From positions 181,798-245,797 of the forward strand of contig CAVVIN010000008.1 in assembly GCA_963748305.1 (NCBI GenBank): a stretch of DNA of 64,000 nucleotides. The letters are read 5' to 3'. Position numbers and translations under genes: made by a program. Of this stretch, positions 59,833-64,000 are shown in pieces (the stretch's first letter is position 1; every line of letters starts with the position of its first letter). The DNA is from an uncultured Actinomycetota bacterium. Its GTDB lineage: Bacteria > Actinomycetota > Actinomycetes > Mycobacteriales > Geodermatophilaceae. Under the pieces are notes generated by a model that had not been told where the DNA came from, did no database searches, and saw only the letters and a list, made by a program, of their open reading frames with translations.

Positions 59833-61292
59833 GACGCGATGCGGAGGTAGGGGCGGAGGCCGGTGGGGCCGCCCTCGCGCCCGAAGCCGCTCTCCTTGTA
59901 GCCGCCGAAGGCGGCGCTCGGGTCGAACTTGTTGTACGTGTTCTGCCAGATGACGCCGGCCTGGAGCGCGGCGGCCACCTCGAAGGCCTTCGAGCCCTTG
60001 TCGGTCCAGATGCCGGCGGCCAGGCCGTAGGGCGTCGAGTTCGCCTTCTCGATCGCCTCGGCCTGCGTGCGGAAGGTCAGCACCGACACCACAGGTCCGA
60101 AGATCTCCTCGGCCGCGATCCGGTGCGCGGGCGCCACGTCGGTGAACAGCGTGGGCGCAAACCAGAATCCCCGCGACGGCAGCTCGCACGCGACAGTCCG
60201 GCGCACCGCACCCTCCTCCTCACCGCTCGCCACGAGCGCCTCGATCCGGTCGAGCTGCTCGCGCGAGTTGATGGCGCCGACGTCGGTGTTCTTGTCGAGC
60301 GGGTCGCCCACCCGCAGGCGGCCCATCCGGTCCCAGAGCTTCCCGATCACCGTGTCGGCCACGCTCTCCTGGATCAGCAGCCGCGAGCCTGCGCAGCACA
60401 CGTGGCCCTGGTTGAAGAAGATGCCGTTCACGATCCCCTCGACCGCCTGGTCGAGCGCGGCGTCCTCGAACACGATGTTCGCCGACTTGCCGCCCAGCTC
60501 GAGCGTCAGCGAGATCCCGCGCCCGGCGAGCGCGCTCTGGATGTCCTTGCCGACCCCCGTCGATCCCGTGAACGCGATCTTGTCGATGTCGGGCTCGCGC
60601 ACGAGCGCGGCGCCGGTGGCGCCGTCGCCCGGCACGATCGACACGACGCCCGGCGGCAGCTCGGCCTCCTGGAGGATCTCGGCGAGCAGCAGCGCGGTCA
60701 GCGGCGTGGTCTCGGCCGGCTTCAGGACGGCGGTGTTGCCGGCGGCGAGCGCCGGCGCCAGCTTCCACGCCGCCATCAGGAGGGGGAAGTTCCACGGCAC
60801 GATCTGCCCCGCGACGCCGAGCGGCTCGACGGCGCGTCCGCCCATCGCGTAGGAGAGCTTGTCCGTCCAGCCCGCGTAGTGGAAGAAGTGCGCGGCCGCG
60901 AGCGGCACGTCCACGTCGCGCGACTCGCGGATCGGCTTGCCGCCGTCCATCGACTCGACCACCGCGAGCTCGCGTGCGCGCTCCTGCATCAGGCGCGCGA
61001 TGCGGAACAGGTACTTGCCGCGCTCGAGCCCCTTCAGGGCAGCCCACGCGGGCTGCGCAGCCCGCGCCGACTCGACGGCGCGCCGAACATCGCCCGCACC
61101 TGCGAACGCCACCTCGGCAACGGGTTCCTCCGTGGCGGGGTTGATCGTCGGCACGCGCGTGCCGTCGACCGGGTCCTGAAACTCACCGTCGATGAACAGC
61201 CCGTACGAATCCCGCAGCCGCACGTGGTCGGGGGACTCCGGCGCGGGCGCGTAATCCCAGACGATGCTCGTGCGCTGCTCCTGCGTGGCCAC
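59829..61292 (-). CDS. NAD(P)-dependent aldehyde dehydrogenase
   Basis: Intact 487 aa. FFHYAGWTDK, ELGGKSANIV, catalytic FFNQGHVCCAGSR, EEIFGPVV. Confidence 0.85.
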   Translation of the reverse strand: MATQEQRTSIVWDYAPAPESPDHVRLRDSYGLFIDGEFQDPVDGTRVPTINPATEEPVAEVAFAGAGDVRRAVESARAAQPAWAALKGLERGKYLFRIARLMQERARELAVVESMDGGKPIRESRDVDVPLAAAHFFHYAGWTDKLSYAMGGRAVEPLGVAGQIVPWNFPLLMAAWKLAPALAAGNTAVLKPAETTPLTALLLAEILQEAELPPGVVSIVPGDGATGAALVREPDIDKIAFTGSTGVGKDIQSALAGRGISLTLELGGKSANIVFEDAALDQAVEGIVNGIFFNQGHVCCAGSRLLIQESVADTVIGKLWDRMGRLRVGDPLDKNTDVGAINSREQLDRIEALVASGEEEGAVRRTVACELPSRGFWFAPTLFTDVAPAHRIAAEEIFGPVVSVLTFRTQAEAIEKANSTPYGLAAGIWTDKGSKAFEVAAALQAGVIWQNTYNKFDPSAAFGGYKESGFGREGGPTGLRPYLRIAS

Positions 61293-61295
61293 CGC

Positions 61296-62228
61296 TTACT
61301 CCTTTGAGAAGTCCTCGGGTCGCGCGTAGCGCCCGGTCTGAGTCTTCTGGTACTGCATCAGCAGGTCGTTGAGAAGCGACGAGGCGCCGATCCTGAAGCG
61401 CTCCGGCCTAAGCCACTCGTCGCCGAGCGTCTCCTTCACCAGCACCAGCCGGTGCAGTGCCGCCTTGCTGTTCGACACGCCGCCGGCCGCCTTCATGCCG
61501 ACCACGCGCCCGCTGCGGTCCACATAGTCGCGGATCGCCTCGAGCATCACGAGCGTCACGCCCGGCGTGGCCCCGCTGGAGGCCTTGCCGGTGGACGTCT
61601 TGATGAAGTCCGCGCCCGCCTCCATGGCGAGCATCGACGCGTGGCGCACGTGGTCGTACGAGCCTAGCTCGGCGGTCTCCAGGATCACCTTCAGGTGAGC
61701 GTCCCCGCACACGTCCTTGACCCGCACGATCTCCTCCATCACGCGCGCGTCGTCCCCGGCCAGGAAGGCCTCGCGGGAGATGACCATGTCGATCTCCTCG
61801 GCACCCGCGGCGACGGCCTCCTCGGTGTCGCGCAGCTTCACGTCCAGCGAGGCCTGACCAGAGGGGAAGGCCGTGGCTACCGACGCCGCGCGCACGCCGG
61901 TGCCGTCGAGCGCCTCGCGCGCGACACCCACCAGCGACGGGTACACGCACACCGCCGCGACCGACGGAATCTCGGGCATCGTCGGCGCGGGGCAGACGGC
62001 CTTCGCGCACAGGTGACGCACCTTGCCAGCCGTGTCAGAGCCCTCGAGCGTGGTGAGGTCCACCATGGACACCGCGAGGCGGATGCCCTGCTCCTTGGCG
62101 CTGGTCTTGATGGAGCGCTTGCCGAGTGTCGCGGCGCGCTCCTCGATGCCTACTCGGTCGACGTGGGGAAGACGACGGATCACCCCATGAGTATGGCGAA
62201 GCTGCGCATCGACATAATCGCGGCGCAA
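61296..62228 (-). CDS. deoC: deoxyribose-phosphate aldolase, long (DERA/eukaryote-like) form
   Basis: SMVDLTTLEGSDT...AVCVYPS...DMVISREAFLAGD...KVILETAELG...ADFIKTSTGK...GMKAAGGV...LVKETLGDEWLRPERFRIGASSLL, colinear with roughly 318-aa DERA-type enzymes. Confidence 0.8.
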   Translation of the reverse strand: MRRDYVDAQLRHTHGVIRRLPHVDRVGIEERAATLGKRSIKTSAKEQGIRLAVSMVDLTTLEGSDTAGKVRHLCAKAVCPAPTMPEIPSVAAVCVYPSLVGVAREALDGTGVRAASVATAFPSGQASLDVKLRDTEEAVAAGAEEIDMVISREAFLAGDDARVMEEIVRVKDVCGDAHLKVILETAELGSYDHVRHASMLAMEAGADFIKTSTGKASSGATPGVTLVMLEAIRDYVDRSGRVVGMKAAGGVSNSKAALHRLVLVKETLGDEWLRPERFRIGASSLLNDLLMQYQKTQTGRYARPEDFSKE

Positions 62229-63391
62229 TGCCTCGTGCGACCGTCATCGTCATGGATGCCTGTGGAGTGGGTGCGCTGCCGGACGCCGACGCCTACGGCG
62301 ACGCCGGCACGAACACGCTCGGGCACCTCTCCGAGCGTGTCGGCGGGCTCGACCTGCCGGCGCTCGGGAAGCTCGGCCTCGGGTCGATCATCCCGCTCGA
62401 GGGAGTGCCTCCGGCGGCCGATCCGGCCGTGCACGGCAGGCTGCACCCACTCGGGCCCGGCAAGGAGTCCACCACCGGCCACTGGGAGCTGATGGGGGTG
62501 GTGCCGCAGCACGCGCTGCCGACGTATCCGAACGGCTTCCCACCCGAGGTGATCGAGCGGCTCGAGGAGGCCACCGGCCTGCGCTTCTGCTGCAACAGGC
62601 CGTACAGCGGCACCCAGGTGATCGAGGACTTCGGCGAGCACCACCTCAGCACCGGTGAGGTGATCCTCTACACGTCGGCAGACTCCGTGCTCCAGTTCGC
62701 CGCGCACGTGGACGTGCTCCCCGAGCCCGACCTGCTCGCGGCCTGCGAGGCGGCCCGCGAGGTCATGACCGGCGAGCACGCGGTGGGCCGCGTGATCGCT
62801 CGCCCGTTCGACGGGGAGCCGGGCAGCTTCCACCGTCGCGAGGGGCGGCGCGACTACGCGGCGCCGCCGCCCGGCCGCTCCTACCTGGAGGAGATCCAGG
62901 ACGCCGGGCTGCCGGTGCACGCCGTGGGGAAGATCCGCGACCTCTTCGCCGGCGTGGGCATCACGGAGAAGCACGAGGGTGCGACCAACCCGAAGGGAAT
63001 CGCGTCGACCACGCGTCTGCTCGAGGAGCTCGACAGCGGGCTGATCTTCGTGAACCTCGTCGAGACCGACCAGGTCTACGGGCACCGCCACGACGTGGAG
63101 GGCTTTCACGGGGCACTGAAGGAGATCGACGCGGCGGTGGCCCGCTGGCTCGAGCTGCTGCGCGAGGACGACCTGCTTGTGCTCACCGCCGACCACGGGG
63201 TGGACCCGAACGTGGACCACACCGACCACACGCGCGAGTACGCGCCGCTACTGGCGCAGTTCGCGGGGCACGACGGGCGCCGCCACGACGGCCCACTGGC
63301 CGACGTGGGCGCCAGCGTGCTGCACTGGCTCACCGGCCGCGACGCGCCGGAGATGCCGGGCGAGCGGTTTACCTTGCCGCCGCGGCCATGA
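62229..63391 (+). CDS. deoB: phosphopentomutase (start at 62229 or 62253)
   Basis: TVIVMDACGVGALPDADAYGDAGTNTLGH...GKESTTGHWELMG...LTADHGVDP... Confidence 0.8.
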
Positions 63392-63998
63392 AGCGCTCGA
63401 GCTTGTGCGAATCGAGGTCGTAGCCCTCGCCGGTCCGCAGTCCGGAGCAGACGTCGAGCGCGAACGGGCCGACCGTGTCGATCGCCTCGCGCGCGTTGTC
63501 GGGGTTGAGGCCGCCGGCCAGCCACACGGGGACGTCCACCCGCTCGCGGATCTGACGGCTGAGCGCCCAGTCGTGTCGCCGGCCCGTGCCGCCCAGCTCC
63601 TTCACCTCGAGGCTCGGGTTGCCGGAGTCGAGCAGGATGGCGTCAACGTCCGGCGCCACGCTCGCCGCCTCCTCGACCGACTCGGGGCCGATCACGTGAA
63701 TCACCTGGACGAGCCTGACCCCGGGCATGGCGCGGCGCAGCTCCGCGTGGGCGCCGGGCGCGAGCGCATCCACAAGCTGGAGCGTGCGTGCCTTCACCAG
63801 CCGGTTCTGCTCCACCAGCTCGTCCACGTCCTGGAGCGGCGTGAGCAGGAAGGCGTCGATTCCGGGCGGCACCTCCGCCGCGATCTCGGCCGCCCTCTCG
63901 TTTGAGATCGGCCCGGGCCCGCTCGGCATCGGCGAGACCAGCCCGACCGCGGACGCGCCAGCGTCGATCGCCATCCACACCTCCTCGATGCTCTTCAT
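63369..63998 (-). CDS. trpF: phosphoribosylanthranilate isomerase
   Basis: MKSIEEVWMAIDAGASAVGLVSPMPSGPGPISNERAAEIAAEVPPGIDAFLLT...DAILLDSGNPS...GGTGRRHDWALS...VWLAGGLNPDNAREAI. Its 3' end overlaps deoB convergently by 23 nt. Confidence 0.7.
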   Translation of the reverse strand: MKSIEEVWMAIDAGASAVGLVSPMPSGPGPISNERAAEIAAEVPPGIDAFLLTPLQDVDELVEQNRLVKARTLQLVDALAPGAHAELRRAMPGVRLVQVIHVIGPESVEEAASVAPDVDAILLDSGNPSLEVKELGGTGRRHDWALSRQIRERVDVPVWLAGGLNPDNAREAIDTVGPFALDVCSGLRTGEGYDLDSHKLERFMAAAAR

Positions 63999-64000
63999 GC

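Noticed and set aside
1-64000. Search for rRNA, tRNA, tmRNA, CRISPR arrays, integrases, transposases and IS inverted repeats
   Set aside because: I saw no tRNA-like cloverleaf sequence (GGTTCGANTCC or TPsiC-type), no regularly spaced direct repeats, and no transposase or integrase ORFs. The only repeat families present are the hairpin elements described under findings.
1-64000. Interpreting the many frameshifts as genome decay in a reduced or host-restricted lineage
   Set aside because: Essential single-copy genes (murJ, dnaB, pcnA, pgm) are affected. The lesions are 1-bp homopolymer indels, not large deletions or stops. Neighbouring long genes (the MmpL gene, the ALDH gene, the helicase, ponA1) are intact. 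Sequencing error is the simpler explanation, except for the AKR/DUF559 junction, which shows structural rearrangement.

Overview
This is a 64-kb stretch of actinobacterial chromosome at roughly 72-73% GC. Its gene order matches the origin-proximal neighbourhood of Mycobacterium, Corynebacteriales and related actinobacteria. One block corresponds to the Mtb Rv3907c-Rv3915 set: pcnA, mutT4, an Rv3909-like gene, murJ, an MviN-type pseudokinase, trxB, trxA and cwlM, minus the sigM/anti-sigM pair found in Mtb. A second block matches the Mtb Rv0046c-Rv0058 set: ino1, padR, a DUF5318 gene, ponA1, a DUF2029 gene, then rpsF, ssb, rpsR, rplI and dnaB. The remainder is accessory and metabolic content: desA3 with its reductase, dinB, nfeD-flotillin, an ABC-2 exporter, pgm, tetR-mmpL, a PAS-GGDEF cyclase, hmgL, a deoC-ALDH operon, deoB and trpF. 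I found no rRNA, tRNA, CRISPR array, integrase or IS transposase. Many genes, including essential ones (murJ, dnaB, pcnA, pgm), are interrupted by single-base frameshifts at homopolymers. I read this as indel error in the assembly rather than pseudogenisation, and I annotated the affected loci as single genes. The findings I rate highest are as follows. (1) Two strongly AT-rich patches inside dnaB, at what I recall are the two mycobacterial DnaB intein homing sites, in an allele with no intein. (2) A cluster of DnaA-box-like motifs plus a perfect LexA SOS box in the rplI-dnaB intergenic region. (3) A two-gene cassette immediately downstream of dnaB, where darTG sits in Mtb, bounded by two copies of a long hairpin repeat with compensatory stem changes. 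(4) A DUF559/AbiEi-like gene bracketed by 42-bp palindromic direct repeats, plus a second fragment of the same family that has replaced the 5' third of an aldo-keto reductase gene. (5) A compact strawberry-notch-like helicase with a histone-H1-like basic tail, beside a ZnF-UBP protein. (6) A nested-hairpin element repeated directly after unrelated genes. Several candidate operator palindromes and tandem repeats are also listed.
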